From positions 186,170 through 250,169 of the forward strand of contig CBDCSV010000001.1 of assembly GCA_965221855.1 (NCBI GenBank): DNA of 64,000 nucleotides. Reading direction: 5' to 3'. This document shows positions 30,263-40,823 of the stretch, one piece after another; position 1 is the stretch's first letter, and each line of letters opens with the position of its first letter. The translations under genes were made by a program, and so were the position numbers. This DNA comes from Rhodospirillales bacterium. GTDB taxonomy: Bacteria; Pseudomonadota; Alphaproteobacteria; Rhodospirillales; UBA2165. The notes beneath the pieces were generated by a model. The model was given only the letters and a program-made list of their open reading frames with translations, was not told the DNA's origin and made no database searches.

Positions 30263-30638
30263 AAAGTGCTCTCTCGACTTCCATTCCCCCCTTGCTCAGA
30301 CCCCCGCGCGAGCTAAATGTATAGATCACTGCCGCTCCCACCGGGGCGGCGTTTTGCGTATTAGGGACGAGCTGTGCGTTTTTGTACGACCTTTTTGGTG
30401 CGTTACCTCCCGAACGGGTGACACTAAATGTCTATTAATGTCCATGAATGACTATTACAACGAAAACGGCCCAATTGGAACATATTTATAAATCATGGAA
30501 TTTCAACACCTTGCCGTTATGCATAAATTGCATGGCTCGCACCGTTCGCAGCCCTCGCCACATCGCGCTCGACACCGTACTCGCCTGCGCCGGGCGGGCG
30601 CATTATGATCATGCTCAATAATTAGGGGAGGGAGCCCA

Positions 30639-32411
30639 TTGGACAGGAAAAGCCCGCCGGGAATCGACCCGTCGCTGCTCAACAAACCGCTCTTCGGGAG
30701 CGACCTCATCGCGTCGGCCCTGCGCGAGCAGGAATTCCCTTATGTGTGCCTGAACCCCGGCGCCAGCTATCGCGGACTGCACGACTCCATCGTGAATTTC
30801 CTCGGCAACGCCACGCCGGAAATGGCGCTGGTTCTGCACGAGGAACATGCGGTCTCCATCGCCCACGGCTATGCCCGGGTCGCGGAGCGGCCGTTGGCGG
30901 TCATCGTCCACTCGAACGTCGGGCTGATGCACGCTTCCATGAGCATCTTCAACGCCTGGTGCGACCGGTTGCCCATGGTCATTCTCGGCGCGACCGGGCC
31001 GGTCGACGCGGCCATCCGCCGGCCCTATATCGACTGGATTCATACCGCGGCCGACCAGGGCGCATTGGTCCGCAACTACACCAAGTGGGATGACCAGCCG
31101 GGCTCGCCGGCGGCGGCGGTCGAAGCGATCCGGCGCGGCGCCCAGATCGCCATGACACCCCCCCGCGGGCCGGTCTACATCAACCTCGATGCGGCGGTGC
31201 AGGAAATGCCCCTGGAGGCGTGGCCCGAACTGGAGGACGTTTCGCGGTTCGCGCCGCCGCCGCCGCCCGGCGCGCCCGAGGACGCGCTCGAGGCCGCGGC
31301 GGAACTGCTACGCGCCGCCGAATCTCCCCTCATCCTCGCCGGCCGTTCGTCCCGAAGCCGGGCGGATTGGGACAAACGGATCGAACTCGCCGAGGCGGTT
31401 GGCGCCCGGGTGCTGACCAGCAGCTGGACCCCAAGCGCCTTTCCGACCGAGCATCCGCTGCATGTGGCGACCACCAATTTCTTCCCGACGCCGGCGGCGC
31501 GGGAGGCCCACGAAGCCGCGGACGTGGTCTTGAGTCTCGACTGGAACGACCTCGGCGGCACGCTCCGCAACGTCTGGGGGGAAGACGTCCGGCCGAAGGT
31601 GATCAGCGCCAGTATGGATTTTCATGTCCATCGCGGCTGGTCCATGGACTACCAAGCGCTGCCGGCCGTCGACATCGGCATCCCGACGACGCCCGAGGCC
31701 GCGGTCGATGGGTTGCTGCCCCGGGTGCGGGGCGCCGGGAAGGCCCGGCCGCCGGCGGTCGAAAAGCCGCCCCTGGCGGACATACCGGGTTCGGGCCCCA
31801 TCGGCATCCGCGAGTTCGCCGCCGTTTGGCGGAGCGTCGCCGACGGCCAAAAAATTTCGGTGACCACGCTGCCCATCAGCTGGCCAACCGACGCCATCCA
31901 CGCCGACCACCCGCTGGCCTATATGGGCAATATCGGCGGCGGCGGCCTGGGCGCCGGGCCCGGCGCCGCCATCGGGGCGGCCTTGGCGCTCAAGGAAATG
32001 GGATCGGACCGCCTGCCCGTCTCCATCATGGGAGACGGCGACTACCTGATGGGGGTCAACGCCCTGTGGACGGCGGCGCACATGGAAATTCCGGTGCTGA
32101 TCATCGTCGACAACAACCGCTCCTATTTCAACGACGAGATGCATCAGGAGAATGTCGCGAAGAAGCGGGAGCGGCCGCCGGAAAACCGCTGGATCGGCCA
32201 AAGGATCGACGACCCGCCGCCGGACCTCGCGGCCCTGGCCCGGGCGCAGGGGCTGGAGGCGGACGGCCCCATCGAGGACATCGCCGATCTGGCGGCCGCC
32301 ATCGAGCGCGGCCTGGAGGCGGTCCGGTCCGGAAAACCCTATGTCCTGGACGTAGTCGCCCTCGGCGAGTACGTGACCACCCCGGTCCACGGCGGGCGAA
32401 AATCGGACTGA
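30639..32411 (+). CDS. ThDP-dependent enzyme (ALS/benzoylformate decarboxylase family)
   Basis: NPGASYRGLHDS, HEEHAV, GDGDYLM...DNN. Confidence 0.88.
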   Translation: MDRKSPPGIDPSLLNKPLFGSDLIASALREQEFPYVCLNPGASYRGLHDSIVNFLGNATPEMALVLHEEHAVSIAHGYARVAERPLAVIVHSNVGLMHASMSIFNAWCDRLPMVILGATGPVDAAIRRPYIDWIHTAADQGALVRNYTKWDDQPGSPAAAVEAIRRGAQIAMTPPRGPVYINLDAAVQEMPLEAWPELEDVSRFAPPPPPGAPEDALEAAAELLRAAESPLILAGRSSRSRADWDKRIELAEAVGARVLTSSWTPSAFPTEHPLHVATTNFFPTPAAREAHEAADVVLSLDWNDLGGTLRNVWGEDVRPKVISASMDFHVHRGWSMDYQALPAVDIGIPTTPEAAVDGLLPRVRGAGKARPPAVEKPPLADIPGSGPIGIREFAAVWRSVADGQKISVTTLPISWPTDAIHADHPLAYMGNIGGGGLGAGPGAAIGAALALKEMGSDRLPVSIMGDGDYLMGVNALWTAAHMEIPVLIIVDNNRSYFNDEMHQENVAKKRERPPENRWIGQRIDDPPPDLAALARAQGLEADGPIEDIADLAAAIERGLEAVRSGKPYVLDVVALGEYVTTPVHGGRKSD

Positions 32412-32437
32412 AGCGTGATGATTCTATTGGGAAGCCC

Positions 32438-32520
32438 ACCCCCTCACCCTGACCCTCTCCCCTTTCGAGGGGGAGAGGGGACAATAATTTAACCCTCGCC
32501 CCCTTCAGGGGGTGAGGGGG
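32438..32520. repeat. CCCTCACCCTGACCCTCTCCC...GGGGAGAGGG repeat pair between convergent genes
   Basis: Same family as 27080-27243. Confidence 0.8.
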
Positions 32521-32547
32521 TGCGATCTCAGCGCCCGCCGATGAGAT

Positions 32548-33282
32548 CTAGTCCCGCATCTTCGACGAGGAGTTGATCACCGCATGGATGTTCTTGGCGA
32601 ACGCCACGGCGGAAGCCATATCCCGCCCATAGGCGTTCGACGCGAATTCCTTGACCGCGCGGACCGCGACGACGGGTTCCGACTTCATCTGGGCAATGAG
32701 CGCATCGACCGCATCGCCGAGTTCGGCATGGGGGACGATATTCTGGACGATTCCGAAAGCCTGCGCGGTCGCCGCGTCGATCTTGTCGGTGCTGTAGGTC
32801 AGATACATGGAGGCCTTGCGGGGCAGGCGGTCGATCAGGGCCGACATGACCATGGTCGGCATGATGTTGTGCTGCATCTCCGGGACCTGGAAGTCGGCCT
32901 TGTCCGATGCGATGGTGATGTCGCCGAGGGCCGCCAGCGCGCAGCCGAGCCCATAGGCGCCGCCCTGCACCACGCAGACCACGGGCGCCGGCGAATCCCG
33001 GAACGCCGCATAGGCATCGAAGACCACATCGAAGCCGCCCTTCATGTCGAGAGCTTCGGGCGGGGGGCCGCCCGGGCCGCCTCTTCCCATGGTCGCGCGC
33101 CCGAGACAGAAATCGTCGCCGGCGGTGCGAAAGACGATCGCGCGGGCATCGCCTGAAACCTCATTGACGCGGCGGGTCAGGTCGACGACTACCTCGTCCG
33201 ACAGCCGGTTGCCGTCGCCGGAATTATCGATCGTGAAGGTGACGACGTCGCCGTCGGTGTCCTGTTGAAGAATTTCGGCCAT
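32548..33282 (-). CDS. Enoyl-CoA hydratase/isomerase family
   Basis: DFCLG, GGAYGLGCAL, FQVPE; start MAEILQQ. Confidence 0.82.
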   Translation of the reverse strand: MAEILQQDTDGDVVTFTIDNSGDGNRLSDEVVVDLTRRVNEVSGDARAIVFRTAGDDFCLGRATMGRGGPGGPPPEALDMKGGFDVVFDAYAAFRDSPAPVVCVVQGGAYGLGCALAALGDITIASDKADFQVPEMQHNIMPTMVMSALIDRLPRKASMYLTYSTDKIDAATAQAFGIVQNIVPHAELGDAVDALIAQMKSEPVVAVRAVKEFASNAYGRDMASAVAFAKNIHAVINSSSKMRD

Positions 33283-33387
33283 CCTGAATCCCCTGGTGCA
33301 ATTTCCGGAGCGCGCTCCATATTTCCCATTAAGCGGCATCAATCGGCGTTTGACCACCCCGGGGCGGAAACATAGAACCGGCGCCTG

Positions 33388-34128
33388 ATGGAGACCGTTC
33401 TTTCCCTGATCACGCTCGAGAACGCGGCCGTCGTCGCCATCATCGTGGCCGGCGGTTTCGTTCGCGGTTATACGGGTTTCGGTTCCGGGCTGGTGATGGC
33501 GCCGCTGCTGACCCTTTTCTGGGGTCCGGTGGAAGCCGTGGCGACGACGGTCGGCCTGGGTGCGGTCGCGTCGGTGCAGGTGGTGCCCGGAGGCGCCCGC
33601 CAATGCGATTGGCGGACCATGGCGCCCATGTCGTTGGCCGCCCTGCTGTTCGTCCCCGTGGGCACCTTCATGCTGGTCTCGCTGAACCCCGAGATCGTCA
33701 AGAACATCATTGCGGCGATCGTGCTGTTCGTCACCGCCATCAGCCTCAGGGGATGGACATACAGGGGGCCCGCCGGTCCGGTCCCCGCCTTCTTGGCCAG
33801 CAGCGTCGCCTCATTGGTCAACGGCATCGCCGCCGTCGGCGGTCCGGCCAGCGTCATGTATTTGATGTCGCTCCCCAATCACGCGGAGCGGCACCGGGCC
33901 AATATCATCATCATTACGTCGGTGATCGGGTGGCTGGTGCTGTTCTGTATGGTCATTGCCGGCGCCGTGAGCCAGGGGACCGTGATCAAGGTGGCACTCC
34001 TTATCCTCCCCAATATGTGCGGCGTCTGGGCGGGCTCGAAGACGTTTGCGCTGTTGCCGGGCCGGGTCTTCCGGGTGATCATTCTGTGGATGCTGGTCGC
34101 TGTCAGCGTCGCGATCCTGGTCACCTAG
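33388..34128 (+). CDS. TauE/SafE family membrane exporter
   Basis: GFVRGYTGFGSGLVMAP, GGP; multiple TM helices. Confidence 0.85.
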   Translation: METVLSLITLENAAVVAIIVAGGFVRGYTGFGSGLVMAPLLTLFWGPVEAVATTVGLGAVASVQVVPGGARQCDWRTMAPMSLAALLFVPVGTFMLVSLNPEIVKNIIAAIVLFVTAISLRGWTYRGPAGPVPAFLASSVASLVNGIAAVGGPASVMYLMSLPNHAERHRANIIIITSVIGWLVLFCMVIAGAVSQGTVIKVALLILPNMCGVWAGSKTFALLPGRVFRVIILWMLVAVSVAILVT

Positions 34129-35180
34129 AGCGTTTCATATTTTGACGGAAGCGTATCCTGCGTTTTTGAAGTAGTTGGCGCATTGCTGTGGCTCGATGGT
34201 GTCGATGAGGCTCCCGAGATGGCGCCATAAGTCGTCGATCTCCCGCTTCTGGGCGTTTCTCATCCAGTGCTTGATTTGGGCAAAGGTCTGCTCGATGGGA
34301 TTGAGGTCGGGGGAATATTTGGGCAGGAGCCACAGCTTGGCTCCGGCGGCACGGATGGCGTTTCGCACGGCTTTTGACTTGTGGCTGCCGAGATTGTCCA
34401 TGATGACGATGTCGCCGGGCACCAGGGTCGGCACGAGCAGCTGCTCGACGTAGGCGCGGAAGCACACGCCATTGATGGGGCCGTCGAAGACGCAGGGCGC
34501 GGTGAACCGGTCGCAGCGCAGCGCGCCGATGAAGGTCAGGGTGTGCCACCGCCCATGGGGGGCAAAGCCGCGGACCCGCTCCCCTTTCGGCCCCCAGCCG
34601 CGCAGCGGGGCCATATTGGTCCGGATCCAGGTTTCATCAATGAATACCAGCCGTTCGGGATCAAGCTTTGCCTGCCACGCCTTCCAGCGCCTGCGATGGC
34701 GGGCGATGTCCGCGCGCGCCCGTTCAACGGCGAACAGGGTTTTTTTTAAAGCGCAGCCCTTCACGGCGCAGAAACAGCCATACCGTGCTGTGGGATACCC
34801 TGACACCCCGAGCGGCCAACTCGTCTCTCAACCGATGCAGCGTCAGATGCGGCTCCTGGTCGATCCGGCCGACAATGAACTCCCGATGGGGCTCAAGAAC
34901 CCGGCGGCGGTGACCGCCCATCTTGCCGGGCGCAACACTCCCCGTCCGCCGGTAGCGCTGCGACCACTTAACCACGCTCGAAACCGCAACCCCAAACCGA
35001 GCCGCTACAGCGCGGCAACTCTCCCCCGCCAAAACCGCCAAAACAACACGCTCTCGCAAATCAATCGAATAAGGTCTCGCCATGAATGCTGGCCTCCTTG
35101 CCCAGCATCCATCTTGAATCATGGTTCGCCCATACTTGGGAATCCCTAAAATGATTCAATCAATCTCAAATACGCTCTAG
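34125..35180 (-). mobile_element. IS630-family element A, copy 2
   Basis: Same sequence and ORFs as 2139-3194; CTAG at both ends. Confidence 0.95.
34135..35083 (-). CDS. IS630 transposase (frameshifted orfA/orfB)
   Basis: Identical translations to copy 1. Confidence 0.9.
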
Positions 35181-36319
35181 TCCTTGAGCATCTCCCGGGC
35201 GATGATCACCTGCTGGATTTGGGTGGTGCCCTCGTAGATACGGAACAGCCGCACGCCGCGGTAGAAGCGCTCGATGGGGTATTCGGCAATGTAGCCGGCG
35301 CCGCCGAAAATCTGCACCGCCCGGTCCGCGACCCGGCCGACCATTTCCGAGCAATACATCTTGGCGCACGCCGCTTCGAGAGTAATCACCTCGCCGTCGT
35401 CCCGGCGTTTTGCCGCGTCCATCAGCATGCAGCGCGCGGCGTACATCTCGGCCTGGCTGTCGGCGAGCATGGCCTGGATAAGCTGGAAATCCGCGATGGG
35501 GCGGCCGAACTGCTCCCGTTCCTTGGCGTAGTTGACGCTCTCCTCGATCAGCCGCTCGGCGGCGCCGACCGACATGCCGGCAATCCGGAGCCGGCCCCGG
35601 TCGAGGACCTTCATGGCGATCTTGAAGCCCTGGCCTTCCTTGCCGATGAGATTGGCGGCGGGCACCCGGCAATCCTCGAAAATGATGTCGGCGGTGTGGG
35701 TGCCCCGTTGGCCCATTTTGACATCGGGCCTGCCGACGCTGAGGCCGGGGGAGTCCCGCTCGACGATGAAGGCGGAAACACCGGCGGCGCCCGGCGTGTC
35801 GAGGTCCGTGCGGGCCATCACGGTGAAGACGCCGGCGTGGGGCGCGTGGGTGATGAAGCGTTTGGTGCCGTTCAGAATGTAGTCGTCCCCATCCCGGCGC
35901 GCCGAGGTCTTCAGTGAACCGGCATCGGACCCGGAACCCGGCTCGGTGAGCGCAAACGACGCGATGATCTCACCGGAGGCGATGCCGGGCAGGTATTTCC
36001 GTTTCTGTTCCTCGGTTCCGTCCATGGCGATGCCCTGGGCGCCGATCCCGATGTTAGTCCCGAAGGCGGTGGAGAAGGGGGGCGTGGCCCTGCCGAAGAT
36101 CACGTTGACCAGGGCGTCATCGACCATGCCGAGGCCGAGGCCGCTGTACTCCTCGGGCAGCGACAGGCCGTACAGGCCCATGGCCTTCATTTCGTCCTCC
36201 ACGTCCTCGGGTATTGCGTCCTCTTCCTCGACCTGGGCTTCGAGGGGGATCAGCCGTTCGCGAACGAAGCGCTCCAGCGTATTGATCAGTTGGGTTCTGG
36301 TATCTTGATCCAACGGCAT
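35177..36319 (-). CDS. Acyl-CoA dehydrogenase
   Basis: FALTEPGSGSDA, NGTKRFIT, REQFGRPI, IYEGTTQIQ. Confidence 0.95.
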   Translation of the reverse strand: MPLDQDTRTQLINTLERFVRERLIPLEAQVEEEDAIPEDVEDEMKAMGLYGLSLPEEYSGLGLGMVDDALVNVIFGRATPPFSTAFGTNIGIGAQGIAMDGTEEQKRKYLPGIASGEIIASFALTEPGSGSDAGSLKTSARRDGDDYILNGTKRFITHAPHAGVFTVMARTDLDTPGAAGVSAFIVERDSPGLSVGRPDVKMGQRGTHTADIIFEDCRVPAANLIGKEGQGFKIAMKVLDRGRLRIAGMSVGAAERLIEESVNYAKEREQFGRPIADFQLIQAMLADSQAEMYAARCMLMDAAKRRDDGEVITLEAACAKMYCSEMVGRVADRAVQIFGGAGYIAEYPIERFYRGVRLFRIYEGTTQIQQVIIAREMLKD

Positions 36320-36424
36320 GAGACCGCGTCCTGTTCCATATTCCGATTCGAGGAGAGCATAACCAATGCTCCGCCGGCGCCCAAGGCCGCTTGGCCGGGC
36401 CGAATTTCGTCCATCGCCGGGGCG

Positions 36425-37411
36425 TCAGGCCGAACCGGTCATCCACTTGACCGCCTCGATCATCGCGGCGGGGTTGGCCTTGCCTTGTCCGGCGATATCC
36501 AGCGCCGTCCCGTGACCGACGGAAGAGAACCGGATCGGGGTGCCGATGATGACGCCCGCGGAACCGTGCCGCGCGAGTAACTTCGCGGGAACGTGCCCCT
36601 GGTCGTGAAGCATCATCACGAAAGCATCCACGTCTTCGCGCTGAAGCATCAGGTCGGCGGGCGCCGGGCCTTCGATGCGGATGCCCGCGGCTCGGAGGCG
36701 TTCGATGGCGGGGATGATGGTCTCGGCCTCCTCGTCCCCCATCAGTCCGTCCTCGCTGGCGTGCGGATTGACGCCGGAGACCATGATCGACGGATCGGCA
36801 TCTCCCGTCGCAACGAGGGTGTCGTGAACGGCGCGGATGACCGCCTCGACCCGTGGACGCGTAATCAGCTCCAGCGCCTTCCGGACGCTGGTGTGCAGGG
36901 TGCAGTGGGCGATATTGGTCTTGCCGAAGGACAGCATCAGAAAGATATCCTCCGGCGGCGTGCCGAACTCCTGGGAGAGCAGCGACGCGTATCCCTCGTA
37001 CTCGATGCCGGCGAGGTTGATGGAAGACTTGGTGTTCGGCGCCGCGACCACGGCCGCGGCCTTCCCGGCGAGCGCCGCCCTGACGGCCTGCACGCCGCTG
37101 TCGAACTGGGCCCGGCCGTTGTGGGCGTTGATTTCGCCGAGCGCCACGGGCCGGTTGCCGAAATGGTCGAGCGCAACGACGGGCACCGCCTCGGCGGCCC
37201 AATCCACACTGTCCACCCGGTCATAGCCCGTGATCGTGCAGCCAAGACCGCCGCCGTCTATATGGGCCTGGATGGCGCTCATATCTCCGAACAGTACGGG
37301 CCGGCACACCCGGCGGACCTCGGGCGCCGTCGCGGCCTTCAGGCATATCTCGGGGCCGATGCCGGCCGGGTCGCCGGTGGTGAGAGCGATGATGGGCAGA
37401 TTGTCGGTCAC
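36425..37411 (-). CDS. PdxA-family decarboxylating dehydrogenase, TphB-like
   Basis: GDPAGIGPE, GYASLL, HCTLHTSV, NPHASE, MLHDQGH, SSVGHG; GTG start after GGAGG. Confidence 0.85.
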   Translation of the reverse strand: MTDNLPIIALTTGDPAGIGPEICLKAATAPEVRRVCRPVLFGDMSAIQAHIDGGGLGCTITGYDRVDSVDWAAEAVPVVALDHFGNRPVALGEINAHNGRAQFDSGVQAVRAALAGKAAAVVAAPNTKSSINLAGIEYEGYASLLSQEFGTPPEDIFLMLSFGKTNIAHCTLHTSVRKALELITRPRVEAVIRAVHDTLVATGDADPSIMVSGVNPHASEDGLMGDEEAETIIPAIERLRAAGIRIEGPAPADLMLQREDVDAFVMMLHDQGHVPAKLLARHGSAGVIIGTPIRFSSVGHGTALDIAGQGKANPAAMIEAVKWMTGSA

Positions 37412-37508
37412 GTCCTGACCTCCGTCCGAGGCGTTGGCGGCATGATGCGCCATCCCTCCCTTTCGAGTCGATAGACCATGCAATCGTCCTGGCCGAAACG
37501 GCGGCGCA

Positions 37509-37994
37509 TCACGAGGTCCGGCATGCGATGAAGTTCACGCCCTTGACGGACATGACGACGGCGCCGTCCCCGTTCGTCACCTCGACGGCCGATTGAACGA
37601 TCCCCCGGGACGGGTCCGACTTGGATCGCCGGGCGCTCTCGATGGTGAGCCGAACCGTCAGCACGTCGCCGGCATAAACCGGGGCGGGCCATTTCAAATC
37701 CGTGAGGCCGGGGGAAGACAGGCTGGAAACGTTGGAAAGATAGTGCCGGGCGAAGAGCCGCATCATCAGGCCCGCGGTGTACCAGCCGCTGGCGATGATG
37801 GCGCCGAAGGGGCCCTTCGCGGCCTCTTCCGGACTGATGTGGATGTCCTGCGGGTCGTAAAGTCTTGCGAAGGCGAGCATTTCGTCTTCATCGGCCGTCA
37901 CCGTACCGAGGATATGAACCGCGCCTGGCTCGTAATCCTCGAAATACCGGTCGCGGCCGGGCGACGTGAAGGGGAGGCTGTTCTGATCGTTCAT
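37509..37994 (-). CDS. MaoC-family dehydratase
   Basis: YFEDY, YDPQDIH, IASGWYT, PVYAGD. Confidence 0.9.
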   Translation of the reverse strand: MNDQNSLPFTSPGRDRYFEDYEPGAVHILGTVTADEDEMLAFARLYDPQDIHISPEEAAKGPFGAIIASGWYTAGLMMRLFARHYLSNVSSLSSPGLTDLKWPAPVYAGDVLTVRLTIESARRSKSDPSRGIVQSAVEVTNGDGAVVMSVKGVNFIACRTS

Positions 37995-38005
37995 ACCCGA
38001 ACCAG

Positions 38006-39625
38006 TCAGTAGCGGGAAAATTCCTGGTTTTCCTTGGTCACGAACTCCGCCAGGACCGTCGCGCCATCCTTGTTGGCCGCCAATGCGTCCTTCAGGGCCG
38101 GCACGATATCCCCAGGCTGTTCGACCCTGAAGGCCGCCGCCCCAAGCGCCCGCCCTAGCTCCGCGTAGTTGCCGCCGACGGCCATGGTGCCGTACTTCTC
38201 GTCGGAGACCTTGAGGACCGAACGTTCGGCCGCCATCATGCCGTTGTTGAACACCACCGTCATGGTGGCGATGTCGTTCCGCGCGGCGGTCTCGATGTCC
38301 ATGCCGACCATGCCGATGGCGCTGTCGCCCATGAAGTTGATGCAGGTCTTCTCCGGCGCCGCCAGCTTGGCGCCGATGGTAAGGCCGAGGCCGTGCCCGA
38401 GCTGCGTCGATTTTCCCCAACCCATGTAGGAGCGGGGCGCGGTGGTCTCCCAGAACGGGACCACCTGTTCGCGTGGGCTGCCCGAATCGTGGGTGACGAT
38501 GGCGTTGTCCCGGTCGACCAGTTTCATCATCTCGTGGGTGATGCGGTAGGGATTGAGCGGCACCTCGTCCGACGTGAGCCGGTCCCGCCACTCGGCGAGC
38601 CAGGCCTCCTTTGCCGCACGCACCGCCTCGGCCCGTTCCGTGGACGGCGTTACGCGGTCGCCAATGGCCTCTTTTAGTTGGGACAGGGTGATCTTCGCGT
38701 CCCCCAACAGCGCCTGTTCGACCCGCTGGTCCTTGTTGATGTCGTCCTCGTGGTTGGTGGCGTGGATGATGCGTTTGCCGGCCGGCACGTTCGGGTTGAA
38801 CGGGGAGGCGGTCAGGCTGCTGCCGACCGCGAACACGACGTCGGCGTCTCTCAGATACTCGGTCAGCGGGCGGGACGCCGATATGGTTGATGCCCCAAGG
38901 GAGAGGGGATGGGTTTCGGGAAATCCGCTTTTGCCGGGATTGGTGGTGAGGACCGGGGCATCCAGCAGTTCGGCGAGCGCGACCAGTTCGTCCGTGGCCC
39001 CGGCCCAGAGAATACCGGCGCCCGCGAAGAATACCGGGGACTTGGCTTCAACCAATATCTGAGCCGCGGCCTCTATATCACTGGGATTGGGTGCGGATTT
39101 CAACGGCGCGGGCGGCGTGTAGTCCAGTTCACCCGGGAACTCGGCCTGTGAAACGGAGGGAGGAACCTCCAATAGCACCGGGCCGGACTTGCCGGACCGC
39201 AGAAGGTGATAGGCCCGGCGGAGGACGCGCGGTATTTCCTCGACCCGGTCGATTCTCGTCGCCCATTTCGTGATATGGCGGAAATTGTCGACCGCCGAAA
39301 ACACGGGCCGCGTGTTTTGCCGGCCCAACTCCGCACCGCCCGGGATGACGAGCAGCGGAACATTCTCACTGTAGGCCTGTGCGACGCCGGCAAATGCGTT
39401 CTCGATTCCCGGACCCGCCTGGGAGCCGAACACGCCGATGGATTTGCCGCCGGTCGCCCGGCTGTAACCGTCGGCCATGCCGACGCCCACGCGCTCCTGC
39501 CGGCAGAGGATGGGCCGGATACCGATCTCGGCGCAGGGCTCGATCAGGGCATTGCGGGGGTAGCAGGACAGAAACCCTGTACCTTCCCGCCGGAGTATTT
39601 CCGTGATGGCTTCGGCGCCGTTCAT
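38006..39625 (-). CDS. ThDP-requiring enzyme
   Basis: RQERVGVGMADG, GPGIEN, GWGKSTQLG, GDSA...FNN. Confidence 0.88.
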   Translation of the reverse strand: MNGAEAITEILRREGTGFLSCYPRNALIEPCAEIGIRPILCRQERVGVGMADGYSRATGGKSIGVFGSQAGPGIENAFAGVAQAYSENVPLLVIPGGAELGRQNTRPVFSAVDNFRHITKWATRIDRVEEIPRVLRRAYHLLRSGKSGPVLLEVPPSVSQAEFPGELDYTPPAPLKSAPNPSDIEAAAQILVEAKSPVFFAGAGILWAGATDELVALAELLDAPVLTTNPGKSGFPETHPLSLGASTISASRPLTEYLRDADVVFAVGSSLTASPFNPNVPAGKRIIHATNHEDDINKDQRVEQALLGDAKITLSQLKEAIGDRVTPSTERAEAVRAAKEAWLAEWRDRLTSDEVPLNPYRITHEMMKLVDRDNAIVTHDSGSPREQVVPFWETTAPRSYMGWGKSTQLGHGLGLTIGAKLAAPEKTCINFMGDSAIGMVGMDIETAARNDIATMTVVFNNGMMAAERSVLKVSDEKYGTMAVGGNYAELGRALGAAAFRVEQPGDIVPALKDALAANKDGATVLAEFVTKENQEFSRY

Positions 39626-40752
39626 GGGTCGCTCCCTTCGAGCAGGTACGGCGCATTGCATTCCCGCGCCACATCCTTGATTTCCTGGGCTAACCGATCA
39701 GTCGCCGGGATTCCCGACTTGGACCTTTCGGCGTAGGCCGCGCGCTCCGGGTCTCCGGCGACCAGAACGGGCTGGCCGGGGTCCGCGGGCTCGGTTGCGT
39801 GCAGGGCGTCGATCAGGTCGTCCATCTCATCCGGAAACCCGTCATCGCCGCGCACCGCCGCGGGGTCCGCGGCGAGAAAGAAGTGCCCGACATTGCCGGC
39901 CGTTTGTGACCGGCCGGTGAATTCATCGACCCGGAACATGGCCGCGCCGGAAAGCACGCTCGACAGGATATCCACCATGGCGGCCAGTCCGTAGCCCTTG
40001 TGGCTGCCCATCTCCCGGCTGCCGCCGAGGGGGGTTAGTTTTCGCGCTTCCATTGCCGCCGGCGCATCGGCTGTCGGCCGGCCCTCCCGGTCCATTGCCC
40101 ACCCGAGGGGAATGTCGATGCCGGCGCGAACCGCGACCGAGAGCTTGCCGATGGCGACCGTGCTGGTCGCCATGTCCAGGAGGAACGGCGGATTGCGGCG
40201 CGCCGGGGCGGCGAAGGCGATGGGGTTGGTCCCGAACATGGTCCGTTTGCCGAAGGTGGGTACGACCAGGGAACTCGGCGTGCCGGTCAGGGAAATACCG
40301 ATCAGACCTTCCTCGGGGGCCATGGCCGCGTAATAGCCGGCGGCGCCGTAATGATTGGAGTTCCGAACGCTGACCAGGCCGATGCCGGATTGCTTCGCCT
40401 TGCCGATGGCCAGGCCCATCGCCTTCTCAGCGACCGGATGGCCCAGCCCATGACCGCCGTCGATCAGCGCCATGGACGGCAAATCCCGAACCACCCTGAT
40501 TTCGCCGTCGACGATGATCTTTCCGTCCCGCCGCATGTTCCGGTAACCCGGCAGCATACCGATCCCGTGGGAATCGATGCCTTTGAGGTCGGTGTCGACC
40601 ATGACCCGGGCCGCGGTGTCGGCGTAGCCGCCGGGCATTCCCCAGGCGGTGAATATTTCGACGATCTGGCGGTTGAGCAGATCCGCGGGGACGGTGAGCA
40701 CGGGTCGGACTACCTCTGGAGCGGCGCCGCTTGACCGGCGCAAGCTTGACAT
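39622..40752 (-). CDS. Ldh_2 (type 2 malate/L-lactate/L-sulfolactate dehydrogenase) family oxidoreductase
   Basis: GIDSHG, NSNHYGAAGYY, GTNPIA, LDMATS, HKGYGL. Confidence 0.9.
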   Translation of the reverse strand: MSSLRRSSGAAPEVVRPVLTVPADLLNRQIVEIFTAWGMPGGYADTAARVMVDTDLKGIDSHGIGMLPGYRNMRRDGKIIVDGEIRVVRDLPSMALIDGGHGLGHPVAEKAMGLAIGKAKQSGIGLVSVRNSNHYGAAGYYAAMAPEEGLIGISLTGTPSSLVVPTFGKRTMFGTNPIAFAAPARRNPPFLLDMATSTVAIGKLSVAVRAGIDIPLGWAMDREGRPTADAPAAMEARKLTPLGGSREMGSHKGYGLAAMVDILSSVLSGAAMFRVDEFTGRSQTAGNVGHFFLAADPAAVRGDDGFPDEMDDLIDALHATEPADPGQPVLVAGDPERAAYAERSKSGIPATDRLAQEIKDVARECNAPYLLEGSDP

Positions 40753-40823
40753 GCGTGGCACCCAGCGGCCACTCTTCTCGCAATCATCCTATCGATGGGT
40801 GTTTTAACTCACAAGGCGTGGAA

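Noticed and set aside
27080-32520. Repeat clusters as possible CRISPR arrays
   Set aside because: No regular repeat-spacer periodicity and no cas genes; they are dispersed palindromes
2139-35180. Composite transposon between direct IS630-A copies
   Set aside because: Copy 2 sits cleanly between two intact convergent genes and the interval contains core operons; independent insertions are simpler
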